Shown: in pieces, positions 20,101-29,825 of the stretch
How positions within the stretch are numbered: the first letter of the stretch is position 1
How the letters are laid out: every line of letters starts with the position of its first letter
Assembly: GCA_965223335.1 (NCBI GenBank)
Contig: OZ244991.1
Span: 2,048,001-2,112,000 of the forward strand
Length of the DNA: 64,000 bases
Source: Thermodesulfobacteriota bacterium
Lineage (GTDB): Bacteria > Desulfobacterota_D > UBA1144 > Nemesobacterales > UBA2774
Direction: 5' to 3'
Program-made: the position numbers and the translations under genes
The notes under the pieces: generated by a model
Seen by the model: only the letters and a program-made list of their open reading frames with translations
The model's database searches: none
Told to the model about the DNA's origin: nothing

Positions 20101-20817
20101 ATGAAAAAAACAAAGCTTGCAGTAATAATGAGAGTCGGGCCGGGCTTGGGTGCGGCCTGTGCCAAGAAGTTTGCAGCCGAGGGGTTCACGGTGGCGATGT
20201 TGGCTAGGAAAATTACTAAACTTAAAAAAATAGAGAAGGAAATTAAAAACGAGGGAGGAGAGGCCCTATCGTACACCGTGGATGTAGCCAATGAGAAGGA
20301 GATTAAAGCCGTCTTTCGTAAGCTGGGTTCGATCGCTCGGGGCATAGAACTATTCGTATACAATGCGGGGCAGTTCCGTATGGGTGGTGTGATGGAGCTT
20401 AGTGCTAGCGAGTTTGTAGGGGCTTGGAACACTAACTGCCTAGGGGCATTTCTTGGCGCTAAAGAGGTGCTGCCCGTAATGAGCCGGCAGAGGAAAGGGA
20501 CCATAATTTTTACAGGTGCTACCGCGTCGCTTAGAGGGAGTGCTAAGTTTTCTGCACTTGCAGTAGGAAAATTTGCGCTCCGGGCCCTTGCTCAATCACT
20601 GGCTAGGGAGTTTGGACCCAAGGGCATCCATGTTGCTCATGTTGTGGTTGATGGGATTATAGCAACCCCTGCGTACCTTGATAAATATCCTAAAACAAAG
20701 CGGAATACACTTATATCACCCGAGTCTATTGCTGAGCTCTACTGGGATATTTACAAGCAGGACAGATCGGCCTGGACGCTTGAGACCGATCTTAGACCGT
20801 ATGGGGAGAAATTTTAA
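20101..20817 (+). CDS. Short-chain dehydrogenase/reductase
   Basis: AAGGAG RBS then ATG at 20101; VGPGLG, VYNAG, IIFTGATASLRG and KFALRALAQSLAREFGPKGIHVAHV motifs. Confidence 0.92.
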   Translation: MKKTKLAVIMRVGPGLGAACAKKFAAEGFTVAMLARKITKLKKIEKEIKNEGGEALSYTVDVANEKEIKAVFRKLGSIARGIELFVYNAGQFRMGGVMELSASEFVGAWNTNCLGAFLGAKEVLPVMSRQRKGTIIFTGATASLRGSAKFSALAVGKFALRALAQSLAREFGPKGIHVAHVVVDGIIATPAYLDKYPKTKRNTLISPESIAELYWDIYKQDRSAWTLETDLRPYGEKF

Positions 20818-20841
20818 TCAGAATGTTTATTCAAACAATTA

Positions 20842-20892
20842 TTGCATTCATCGAATTTATCTTTTACAATACATTTATGTAATTAGATATTT
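20842..20892 (+). promoter_or_regulatory. sigma70 promoter and putative operator of the second ArsR gene
   Basis: TTGCAT-N17-TACAAT (20842-20870), overlapped by the imperfect inverted repeat ATACATTTA-N6-TAGATATTT. Confidence 0.55.
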
Positions 20893-20921
20893 ACACATGA
20901 GAGCTACGGAGGTAACACATT

Positions 20922-21179
20922 ATGGGATGCTGTTATAAAGCCATTGGCGACGAGAGAAGAAGGAGAATCCTTGAGATTCTGGGAAATGACTCTGCGAGTG
21001 CAGGAGACATTGCACGCAGGTTTAAGATCTCGCAACCTACGGTTTCCAACCACCTTAAGATTCTTAAGGAAGCCGGTTTGATCAAGGAGCGCAAGGTAAA
21101 GCAGAATAGGATCTATTCCTTGAACAAATCTAGGCTGCAGAAAGTCATTGACAGTCTACAGGACATAGTCCACGCATAA
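20922..21179 (+). CDS. ArsR/SmtB-family transcriptional regulator, paralogue 2
   Basis: GGAGG RBS; same winged-helix pattern; 46 of the first 68 residues match paralogue 1 by manual alignment. Confidence 0.93.
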   Translation: MGCCYKAIGDERRRRILEILGNDSASAGDIARRFKISQPTVSNHLKILKEAGLIKERKVKQNRIYSLNKSRLQKVIDSLQDIVHA

Positions 21180-21323
21180 GCTGTTTAAGTGCTTTTACCT
21201 GTATAGGACTAAAGTATTAATAAAACGGCCTATCTACAACTTTTGTTATATAGAAGTATGTGCTTAGGTCTAATTGACATTTGCGCCTGAAATTGCTTAA
21301 ATCCTATATAGGAGGAATGTATC

Positions 21324-21692
21324 ATGCATAGAGAAACCGCGGCGGGGGTTTTGGGCAAAGGGTTTGGTAGCGGGGATTTCAATAGGCTTTGGGTATCGTC
21401 GTTTGGGAGCCAGATCGAGATGCTCGCCCACCTAAATATGGTTAAGCAAGAGAATGCGCGCAACCTGTACGGGTATTTCGATAAGTTTCAAAGCCGTTTG
21501 GGAACAAATGTATCGAAACCTTTGAGGGACAGGTACTCGTATAGACTCTACCTAGAGGATATGCTCCATAAAAACCTTATACAGATAGATAAGAGCGATC
21601 CTAAGAGAGCAAAAGTCGTAATCACTCCTTTGGCTGAGAATTTTCTAAGATATATAGAAGAGAAGCACAAGCTGGATCTAAGACCTTTATAG
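21324..21692 (+). CDS. Hypothetical protein with a possible winged-helix domain
   Basis: AGGAGG RBS; TTGACA upstream; C-terminal L..M..KNLI...K.VITP.AENFL resembles a winged-helix wing. Confidence 0.6.
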   Translation: MHRETAAGVLGKGFGSGDFNRLWVSSFGSQIEMLAHLNMVKQENARNLYGYFDKFQSRLGTNVSKPLRDRYSYRLYLEDMLHKNLIQIDKSDPKRAKVVITPLAENFLRYIEEKHKLDLRPL

Positions 21693-21873
21693 CCTAGAGA
21701 TCTATTTTCTACGTCCTCATTTACCATTCTAATATACACAGTGCAGTTGTGTGCCCCGCTTTAAATATAGTGCCTATAAGTGGGTAGTCTTTATTGCCGA
21801 ATCATTCGGTAAATTAGATATTTTTGCGTAATTATTTATAATGAATGAATGCACTTAAATTGTGGAGACATAG

Positions 21874-23043
21874 ATGATTGAAACAGATCGCATGGCCGAA
21901 CACTTAATGGATTTGATAAGGATAGACAGCTTGTCTAAGCGTGAAAAAGAGGTTGCGCTCAAGCTAGAGGATGATATGAAAGCGCTTGGTGCCGAGTGTG
22001 TCTATGATGATGCAGGAGAGAAAGTGGATGGAAACGTCGGCAACTTGATAGTGAGGTTAAAGGGCACAAAATCGGATATAAGGCCTCTTTTGCTCTCGGC
22101 ACATATGGACACTGTGGGGCCTGGGGAAGGAATCTCGCCATCTATTGAAGACGGTCTGATGACAAGCGATGGCACAACGATATTGGGCAGTGACGACAAA
22201 AGCGGGATTGCTGTGATTGTAGAGGTTCTGAGAACCCTAAAAGAGAAAGACCTGCCACACGGGGATATTGAGGTCGCTTTCACGATATGCGAAGAGATAG
22301 GATTGCTGGGGGCAAAGTATATAGATATATCAAAGTTCCGGTCCAAACACGGAATTGTGCTCGACAGCAGCACCCCGGCAAGGTTAGTGCTTAGGTGTCC
22401 CTCGGCAGAGAAATTGGAGTTTGTTGTCCATGGATTGGAGGCCCATGCCGGGTTATGCCCTGAGTACGGCCTAAATGCTATCGAGATTGCAAGCTCTGCT
22501 GTTGCGAAGATGAAGCTTGGTAGGATTGATGAGTTTACTACCGCAAACATCGGTATCATTGAGGGAGGGCGTGCGACAAACATAGTGCCAAATATGGTTA
22601 GAGTAGTTGGGGAAGTTAGGAGCCATTATGAGGAGAGTTTGAGGGCACAGGTAGAGCATATTAGGAGTTGTCTGCACGAATCTGTGGCAAAGTACCAAGT
22701 TACATTGCAAGATGAGCACTCCACAGAGGGCACCACATACTTTGCCAGATTGGATGAAAAAATAGAGAGAAGCTATGACAAAATGGATGTAGGCCCCGAT
22801 TCATTAAGTGCGAGGCTCGTAGACAACGCAGTATCAAACCTCGGTCACAAGATTAAGCACCATACCAGTGGCGGGGGATGTGACGCCAACTACTTTAATA
22901 AGATGGGAATTGAATGTGTGAACCTGGGCACAGGGATGTATGAGCTGCACACCGTAAATGAGTACCTAGTGATGGAAGAGTTTAATAGAACGGCCGATAT
23001 AGTTCTCGAAGCTATTCGTATGAACGCCGCCGGTTACAATTAG
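21874..23043 (+). CDS. M20/M25/M40 metallopeptidase (peptidase T-like)
   Basis: SAHMDTV, GSDDKSG, CEEIG, GGGCDAN and HTVNE motifs. Confidence 0.92.
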   Translation: MIETDRMAEHLMDLIRIDSLSKREKEVALKLEDDMKALGAECVYDDAGEKVDGNVGNLIVRLKGTKSDIRPLLLSAHMDTVGPGEGISPSIEDGLMTSDGTTILGSDDKSGIAVIVEVLRTLKEKDLPHGDIEVAFTICEEIGLLGAKYIDISKFRSKHGIVLDSSTPARLVLRCPSAEKLEFVVHGLEAHAGLCPEYGLNAIEIASSAVAKMKLGRIDEFTTANIGIIEGGRATNIVPNMVRVVGEVRSHYEESLRAQVEHIRSCLHESVAKYQVTLQDEHSTEGTTYFARLDEKIERSYDKMDVGPDSLSARLVDNAVSNLGHKIKHHTSGGGCDANYFNKMGIECVNLGTGMYELHTVNEYLVMEEFNRTADIVLEAIRMNAAGYN

Positions 23044-23078
23044 TACCGTTCACAAACAGAAAATCCTAACTCACCTTT

Positions 23079-23453
23079 ATGAAAAAAGCGTTGATACTGG
23101 TAGATCACGGCAGTGTAGTGGATGAAGCAAACGCAATGCTCGAGCAGGTTGCAGGGCTTGTGGCCAAGAGTGAAAAGAACGAGTTTGATATAGTGAAGTA
23201 TGCTCATATGGAACTGGCCCCGCCTACCCTCTCGGATGTATTTGATGAATGTGTTGGGCTCGGGGCAAGACACGTGGTAGTGCACCCGTATTTCTTGGCA
23301 CCGGGTCGTCATTCGACAGATGATATCCCGCGCATGGCACGCGACGCGGCCGCTAAACATAGAGGAGTAAAATACAGTGTTACGGAACCGCTGGGCGTGC
23401 ATGCACACATAGTAGAGGTGATATTGGAGAGGGTCTCGGGCACCGATGAATAG
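23079..23453 (+). CDS. Single-domain CbiX/SirB sirohydrochlorin chelatase
   Basis: LVDHGS, MELAPP.L, HPYFLAPGRH..DDIP and EPLG motifs. Confidence 0.9.
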   Translation: MKKALILVDHGSVVDEANAMLEQVAGLVAKSEKNEFDIVKYAHMELAPPTLSDVFDECVGLGARHVVVHPYFLAPGRHSTDDIPRMARDAAAKHRGVKYSVTEPLGVHAHIVEVILERVSGTDE

Positions 23454-23493
23454 GGAATGAATCTAAAGCTAACCAACCCGTATAACATACAAA

Positions 23494-24246
23494 ATGAAAA
23501 AATATGAAGCTGTGCTGGTGGACCTGTTCGACACTGTAGTTGAGTTTAATTTCAAACGCCTGCCCGATGTTGAGTACCAGGGTGAGAGGGCAAGAACTAC
23601 GAGCAGAGATGTCTACGATGTGTTCCTGAGATACTATCCGGGAATAGGGTTCGAGGGGTTCTACCCCTATTTTATTGATAGCTACAGAGCGATTCAAACA
23701 CTTAAACACGAAGAGTACAGGGAGTACCCGACTTCAAAGAGGTTTGAGATAATGTTAGGGGAGATGGGACTTGACTCAGGTGTGGACGACCGAGAGCTAA
23801 TTGATGAGATGGTGTTGGCTCATATGAGCGGGCTTGCGAGGTGTGTGGAGCTGCCTGATGACAACAATAGTGCCTTGGACGCTATGGTTAGTAGCGGAGT
23901 ACGAGTGGGACTGGTGTCAAATTTTGATCACTCGCCCACAGCGAGGAAGCTGCTTGGGGATTTTGGTCTCACGGAAAAGTTTGAAACAATCGTGATCTCG
24001 GAGGATGTGGGCTGGAGGAAACCAAACGCAAATATATTTAACCGGGCCTTGGACAACATGAACATAGATGCACAAGACACTGTATTTGTGGGAGACAACT
24101 TCAATGCCGATGTTGTGGGCTCGATGAATTTAGGGATGGATGCGATATGGTTGAACCGAAACAATGAGTCTTTAGAATCTCTTGACCCTGTGCCGGCTTA
24201 CATAGTGAATAAATTCCCCGAGATAGTGGATATTGTTATATTGTAG
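23494..24246 (+). CDS. HAD-family hydrolase
   Basis: Motif I DLFDTV, VSN, RKP and FVGDNFNADV. Confidence 0.9.
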   Translation: MKKYEAVLVDLFDTVVEFNFKRLPDVEYQGERARTTSRDVYDVFLRYYPGIGFEGFYPYFIDSYRAIQTLKHEEYREYPTSKRFEIMLGEMGLDSGVDDRELIDEMVLAHMSGLARCVELPDDNNSALDAMVSSGVRVGLVSNFDHSPTARKLLGDFGLTEKFETIVISEDVGWRKPNANIFNRALDNMNIDAQDTVFVGDNFNADVVGSMNLGMDAIWLNRNNESLESLDPVPAYIVNKFPEIVDIVIL

Positions 24247-24296
24247 ATAGAGCATTTAGGGATTAGATAGTATTCGTCGCGAACGAGAACCATAAA

Positions 24297-25994
24297 ATGA
24301 CAGGACCGAAAACACTGTTAAAACCGAATAAAAAAATACCGAATGTACGTAGCGGGCTTAGCATAAAAACCATCCCCGAGTTGTTGGTGTATGGTGCAGA
24401 AAATTACTCGGATAATACCGCTTATCTAAGGAGAGAGGCGGATACAATTAGGGAGTACAGCTTCGGTGACGTTCTTAGTTATGTCAGGAGCCTGGCTGCA
24501 CACTTAATCGATCTTGGTTATAAAAGGGGTGATCATATAGCAGTTCTAAGCGAGAACCGCCCCGAGTGGTGCATTGCGTATTTTGCGGTGACGTGGATAG
24601 GAGCTGTTGTTATCACCCTTGATGCCAGGAGCCAAGCAGACTCGGTGGAGAATATCCTCTTGGTATCGGATTCAATAGCAGTGATTACATCTGCTTCACA
24701 TCTAAAAAGTATAGAATCGGCAAAAGACCGCCTACCCGGATTAAAAGACATTATCTCTATGGAGGATTTTGACGATATTTGCAAGCTAAATGCAGATGGT
24801 GTTGATATGGCGCAGGTTTTACCGGAGGACCTGTTGCAAATACTGTTTACCTCGGGCACGACCGGAGACCCCAAGGGGGTTATGCTGACACACCGTAACG
24901 TAGTGTCTAACGTAGGGGATATGTACTGTGCGTTTGACTTTACCCCCGAGGACAGGGCGTTTTCTATTTTACCGATCCATCACTCTTATGAGTGTACATG
25001 TGGTTTTTTAACAACCTTTACCTGCGGGCTGAGTGTATTTTTTGCACGTAGTGTGCTCAAACCCAGAGAGATGCTCGAGGACCTAAAATCTGCAAGTCCC
25101 ACAATATGGTTAAACACCCCGCTCATCTTGGAAAAACTGTATTTGAGGATAGAAAAACAGCTTTCGTCTCAAAAGGGTCTTATGGGATACATACTAAAAA
25201 TACTGCCGAATAGCTACATTGGAAAAAAAGCTAAAGAAGAGCTCGGGCTTGCGGATTTAAAGCTTATAATGTGCGGAGGAGCGGCGTTGCCCGACTGGGT
25301 ATCAGAGGGTCTGGCAAAGTATGGTTTTCCTATTATCCAGGGTTATGGGCTATCCGAGTCGTCGCCGGTAATAAGCTTTAACCCCCCGTCTCGGGCAAAG
25401 AACCAGAGCGTTGGTCTCGTAATACAAGGCGACGAGGTGGAGATTCGAGACCCCGACCACAATGGTATAGGGGAAATAGCGGTTAGGGGGCCCAACATAA
25501 TGAAGGGGTACTACAAGAATGAAACCGCGACCCGCGAGATACTAGACCAAGAGGGATGGCTCCTTACCGGGGACCTGGGCTATTTTGACACTGACAGTTA
25601 CCTGTATATAACCGGTAGGAAGAAGTCTTTGATTGTGACGCGTGGGGGCAAGAACATTTACCCTGAGGAGATTGAAGAGAAGCTAGTGGCATCTAATCTA
25701 ATAGAAGAGGCACTGGTGTTTAGCCCCGATGATGAGAGTATAGAGGCACTTATCTTTCCCAATATGGAAGAGGTTACCTCGGCGATTGGTCAAGGGGGTA
25801 CCGAACCTGACCCCGAAGCCATGTGGGAACATATAGAGCCCGAGGTAAGGAGAATCAACAAATTGCTTGAGCCATATAAAAGGGTTAGGCGTTTTGCCCT
25901 TAGGCTTGAGGAATTCCCAAAAACCACCACTCGAAAAATTAAGAGGTTCATGTTTAAGGGTGTTAAAATAGATAAAGACACCAAAGTGCTATAA
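24297..25994 (+). CDS. Long-chain fatty acid-CoA ligase (AMP-binding)
   Basis: FTSGTTGDPKGVML, QGYGLSE, TGDLG and GRKK..I...GGKNIYPEEIE motifs. Confidence 0.92.
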   Translation: MTGPKTLLKPNKKIPNVRSGLSIKTIPELLVYGAENYSDNTAYLRREADTIREYSFGDVLSYVRSLAAHLIDLGYKRGDHIAVLSENRPEWCIAYFAVTWIGAVVITLDARSQADSVENILLVSDSIAVITSASHLKSIESAKDRLPGLKDIISMEDFDDICKLNADGVDMAQVLPEDLLQILFTSGTTGDPKGVMLTHRNVVSNVGDMYCAFDFTPEDRAFSILPIHHSYECTCGFLTTFTCGLSVFFARSVLKPREMLEDLKSASPTIWLNTPLILEKLYLRIEKQLSSQKGLMGYILKILPNSYIGKKAKEELGLADLKLIMCGGAALPDWVSEGLAKYGFPIIQGYGLSESSPVISFNPPSRAKNQSVGLVIQGDEVEIRDPDHNGIGEIAVRGPNIMKGYYKNETATREILDQEGWLLTGDLGYFDTDSYLYITGRKKSLIVTRGGKNIYPEEIEEKLVASNLIEEALVFSPDDESIEALIFPNMEEVTSAIGQGGTEPDPEAMWEHIEPEVRRINKLLEPYKRVRRFALRLEEFPKTTTRKIKRFMFKGVKIDKDTKVL

Positions 25995-26048
25995 AATTTA
26001 ATAATCTGAAATAGTTCGGGCATACTTAAAAAACCGGTTATATTTAGA

Positions 26049-26077
26049 TTGACCTTAAGTTTCTTTGATGCGATAAT
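26049..26077 (+). promoter_or_regulatory. sigma70-type promoter for the L,D-transpeptidase gene
   Basis: TTGACC-N17-GATAAT with a TG extension. Confidence 0.5.
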
Positions 26078-26094
26078 TAGCAATGTTTGTATAA

Positions 26095-27966
26095 ATGTAT
26101 TTAAAGACACACGTCACGCGAATGAACTACCGAATGTTGAACCCAACTAACTCATTGCTGTCTATCACTATAGTTGCTGTGCTTTTAGTTCTTGTGGGCT
26201 GTGCGCCTAAGGAGGTAGCACCTGAAGCTTCCACAGAAATCACGGAAAAGCCCCAAATTGTTTCCCCGCAACAGCTAAGCAACTATATACGCGCAAAATT
26301 CCAGCAATCGAGCACCTCTACCACAATAAGCATTAACGGTAAGGCCATTAACTCGTACTATTCGCTCCCTACCATATATCAGGGTAATGCTTACTCGGCA
26401 CTTTGGGTGGATAAGGATGGGTTATTGGACCAAGCCCTTTTGTTTCTGGAGATACTGCGTAATTCCGATACACATGGTCTCGTCCCGCAAACCTATTATG
26501 TGGGCGAGATAGATGCACTGCTAGATAAAATGGGAGCTAAAGCAAATAAAGCTAACTACACAAATATAAATGAACTTGCTGAGCTAGATCTGTTGCTTAC
26601 GAATGCGTTTTTGCTTTATAGCCACGAGTTATTAAATGGCAGGGTAAGAAAAGAGGAGATTAACTTTGATATCACCATTCCCGAGAGGAAAGTGGACAGC
26701 GGTAACATCCTATTAAGCGCAATAGAGAATAATAATATTGAAGAAGTGTTGGCTGGGTTCGAGCCGAAACACCCTGTGTACAAGCGGCTTATGGATGTTT
26801 TGGAACGATACAGAGAGATAGCCTCTAACGGTGGGTGGGGCACAGTGCAGCACGGCCCGAAAATGAAAATGGGATCTAGAGGGCCAAGGGTGTTGGCACT
26901 GAGAGAGAGGTTGATTGTGACCGGAGACATCGTAGCCGATACAGATAACACGAGTAACATTTTTGACAGTACAGTGGACCAGGGGGTAAGGAATTTTCAG
27001 AAGAGAAACGGTCTCCATGTTGACGGTGTTGTAGGGAAGAGCACGGTAGAGTCTCTTAATGTACCGGTCAATGATAAGATCCGACAGATCGAGATCAATT
27101 TGGAGCGTTGGAGATTGTTGCCCCAGCAACTTGGCAATAAATATGTGCTGGTGAATGTTGCCAACTATCATCTATATGCAATGGAGAATAATACCAAGAA
27201 TCTAGATATGAGGATTGTGGTAGGCAAACCGGAGTGGAACACGCCGATCTTTAACGAAGAGATGGAGTACCTGGTGTTTAATCCATATTGGAATATACCA
27301 CCCAGCATTTTTAGAGACGACATACTCCCCAGGATAAAATCGGACCCCAATTATCTGAGTAAAAGAAATATTACAATTGTCGGTGCTCCCAAAATAAGAC
27401 CTAAACCTGTAGAGCTAGAAAAAACAGAAGATATGGCTTCTGAAGGCGATGGCCAGATGATGCACGGCCCTATGCCACTTGAGGAAAAAAAGTCCCCTCC
27501 CCCGCCACAGATAGACTGGTCCAAGGTCGTAAGCGGTAAATACAGGGCCAGACAGAACCCGGGCCCGGGAAATGCACTTGGGCGGATTAAATTCATATTC
27601 CCCAATAAACACAGTGTTTACCTTCACGACACACCCAATAGAGGCTACTTTAATAGGTCTAAACGCAATTTCAGCCATGGGTGCATAAGGGTGGAAAAAC
27701 CCTATGAGCTGGCTGAGTTTGTGTTGGCACCCGACCCCAGTTGGACTGCCGATTCGGTGCGTAGCGCCGTCAGACGCGGCAACACCAGGACTGTACACCT
27801 GCCCACACCTATGCCGGTATACATACTTTATTTCACCGTCTGGGTGGATGACCAGGGTAACCCGGGGTTCCACCAGGATGTTTACGGGTTGGATAGGGAA
27901 CTAGACACGGCACTTAGCAACAAATCTAGATGGCTAGATGTAGCGAGCACTACTCAAAGCCAATAA
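26095..27966 (+). CDS. L,D-transpeptidase (YcbB/LdtD type) with peptidoglycan-binding domain; probable lipoprotein
   Basis: LVG-C lipobox; FQKRNGL.VDGVVG PG-binding motif; NPYWNIP; YLHDTP...SHGCIRV catalytic motif. True start is probably a downstream ATG. Confidence 0.92.
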   Translation: MYLKTHVTRMNYRMLNPTNSLLSITIVAVLLVLVGCAPKEVAPEASTEITEKPQIVSPQQLSNYIRAKFQQSSTSTTISINGKAINSYYSLPTIYQGNAYSALWVDKDGLLDQALLFLEILRNSDTHGLVPQTYYVGEIDALLDKMGAKANKANYTNINELAELDLLLTNAFLLYSHELLNGRVRKEEINFDITIPERKVDSGNILLSAIENNNIEEVLAGFEPKHPVYKRLMDVLERYREIASNGGWGTVQHGPKMKMGSRGPRVLALRERLIVTGDIVADTDNTSNIFDSTVDQGVRNFQKRNGLHVDGVVGKSTVESLNVPVNDKIRQIEINLERWRLLPQQLGNKYVLVNVANYHLYAMENNTKNLDMRIVVGKPEWNTPIFNEEMEYLVFNPYWNIPPSIFRDDILPRIKSDPNYLSKRNITIVGAPKIRPKPVELEKTEDMASEGDGQMMHGPMPLEEKKSPPPPQIDWSKVVSGKYRARQNPGPGNALGRIKFIFPNKHSVYLHDTPNRGYFNRSKRNFSHGCIRVEKPYELAEFVLAPDPSWTADSVRSAVRRGNTRTVHLPTPMPVYILYFTVWVDDQGNPGFHQDVYGLDRELDTALSNKSRWLDVASTTQSQ

Positions 27967-27982
27967 CTAGCCGTTCCTGAGC

Positions 27983-29242
27983 TTACTGAGTTGCACCGTT
28001 AACTTGTCTGAAGTTTCTAAAATCTTTGCCGGTAGGGTGCTGGAATATACGGAGATCAAATTCCGGTACTACCGCGAGTATATGGTCGAATATGTCGGCC
28101 TGGATGGCCTCGTAATTTGCCCATACCTTATCGCTGCTAAACACATAAATTTCAATTGGTATACCGTTTGGGCCGGGTTCCAGCTGGCGCACAAGGAAGG
28201 TCATCTCTTGATTAATGTTTGGATGGTTTCTAAGATAAGCCACTATATAGGCCCTTAGAGTGCCGATGTTGGTAAGTCTGCGTCCGTTCACAAGCACCGT
28301 GTCGTCGACCATCATGTCTTCGTTGTATTTGGCCAGTTCGTGTTTTTTATCCTGTATGTATTCGCTTATGAACTGGATCTGCTTGAACTTATCCAGCATC
28401 TCCCTCGTACAGAACTTAATCGAAGAGATATCTATATAGATTGAGCGTTTTATGCGCCGCCCGCCGGACTCGGACATGCCCCTCCAGTTTTTTACAGACT
28501 CATTGACCAGTGCAAATGTGGGTACGGTTGTAATTGTTTTGTCCCAGTTCTGGACCTTGACGGTGGTTAGGTTGATCTCGGCAACCTCACCGTCGGCCCC
28601 GTGGTTGGGCATCTCGATCCAGTCGCCGATCTGCACCATCTTGTTGGCGGAGATCTGAATACCGGCTGCGAAACCGAGTATTGGATCTTTGAAAATGAGC
28701 ATGATCACCGCAGTCATTGCCCCGAGACCTCCGATTAGGAACTGAGGCGACTTTCCAATCACCACTGAGATCGATACTATGATGATGAGCACGTATAATG
28801 CGAGTTTTATTATCTGTACCACCCCGCGGATAGGGACCTTGCGGGAAATGTCATATGTGGCATATATATCTGCTACCGCGGACAAAAATGCATCGAGAGC
28901 AAACACGCTTAAAAATAGCATTGCTATGAGTGTGGTTTTCTGTACAAAGTTAGAGGCAGTGGCGTTGTCCTCGAACACAAACGGCGCCATTATGTATATA
29001 ATCAGCGCGGGGACGAGATGGCTCAGGCGGTCAAATACCTTGCGATTTAGTATAATATCGTCCCATCTATTAGCGGTTTTAGACACCACTCTACCTACTA
29101 CAGCGAGCGCAATGCGCTTAACAATAAAGTTGAGCAGGTACGCTGTTATCAACAGGCCCACTAAAAATAGGACATCTATTGCAAATGGGACTGCCTGCTC
29201 GCCGAGTTTAATGTTTTTTAGATATTGGATTAGTTCATCCAT
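27983..29242 (-). CDS. Mechanosensitive channel, MscS family (YbdG-like)
   Basis: GLGAMTAV.MLIFKD.ILG, GDWIEMP, VKVQNWDKT, NWRGM.ESGGRRIKR and TFLVRQL motifs. Confidence 0.94.
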   Translation of the reverse strand: MDELIQYLKNIKLGEQAVPFAIDVLFLVGLLITAYLLNFIVKRIALAVVGRVVSKTANRWDDIILNRKVFDRLSHLVPALIIYIMAPFVFEDNATASNFVQKTTLIAMLFLSVFALDAFLSAVADIYATYDISRKVPIRGVVQIIKLALYVLIIIVSISVVIGKSPQFLIGGLGAMTAVIMLIFKDPILGFAAGIQISANKMVQIGDWIEMPNHGADGEVAEINLTTVKVQNWDKTITTVPTFALVNESVKNWRGMSESGGRRIKRSIYIDISSIKFCTREMLDKFKQIQFISEYIQDKKHELAKYNEDMMVDDTVLVNGRRLTNIGTLRAYIVAYLRNHPNINQEMTFLVRQLEPGPNGIPIEIYVFSSDKVWANYEAIQADIFDHILAVVPEFDLRIFQHPTGKDFRNFRQVNGATQ

Positions 29243-29258
29243 AAGATTATGAGAGTGC

Positions 29259-29462
29259 TTAGTTTTTAATTACCTCTATCTGGTTATTTAATATGACCAC
29301 ATGTATATCTGCAATTCTGCCATCATCGAAAGCTATTCGGTAGGATTTCCCTACCATCTTGTTAACGCTGCCTTGGATTTCGCCGGTTAGCCCTTTGTGG
29401 AATACAGATCCGTTTAAATTGATGGGGAGCACTACTCTAAGTTTTGTGCCTTGTATATACAT
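29259..29462 (-). CDS. Small hypothetical beta-rich protein, 67 aa
   Basis: Co-oriented 16 bp upstream of the MscS gene; alternating beta pattern with a Y.I.FDDG turn. Confidence 0.55.
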   Translation of the reverse strand: MYIQGTKLRVVLPINLNGSVFHKGLTGEIQGSVNKMVGKSYRIAFDDGRIADIHVVILNNQIEVIKN

Positions 29463-29573
29463 TTAAATTGCCAACCCGCTAAACCACTCGGTGACGAATC
29501 TATATCTATATTAATAAAAAGATTAATCTTTTGCGTGATTTTATGATATGTAAATATCAGGAGCTTTACAAAT

Positions 29574-29598
29574 TGGGCAAATAAAAGCACCTGCCCCA
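29574..29598 (-). terminator. Putative terminator hairpin after the small peptide gene
   Basis: Minus strand GGGCAGGT-GCTTTT-ATTTGCCC stem, G-U pairs on that strand, followed by AATTTGT. Confidence 0.45.
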
Positions 29599-29660
29599 CA
29601 CACTGCAATGTAGCGTGAATTTGGAAGGCCTTAGATCTGAATTCGGTGATATTCTACTGC

Positions 29661-29825
29661 TTATGTATTCTCGCCGCCTGAGGTGTCTTCGGGATAGCCT
29701 TTGTCGTCGCTGTTGCCGCCGCACGCTACTGCCTCTGGCGTAATGTCTATAAAAGTAGAGACTGGGAACAACCCGCCCAACACTAAACCGAGCACTACCG
29801 ACATTGTTATGATAGCTTTAGTCAT
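29661..29825 (-). CDS. 54-aa putative secreted peptide, absent from the ORF track
   Basis: AAGGAG RBS 6 nt before ATG; translation MTKAIITMSVVLGLVLGGLFPVSTFIDITPEAVACGGNSDDKGYPEDTSGGENT-stop. Confidence 0.7.
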   Translation of the reverse strand: MTKAIITMSVVLGLVLGGLFPVSTFIDITPEAVACGGNSDDKGYPEDTSGGENT

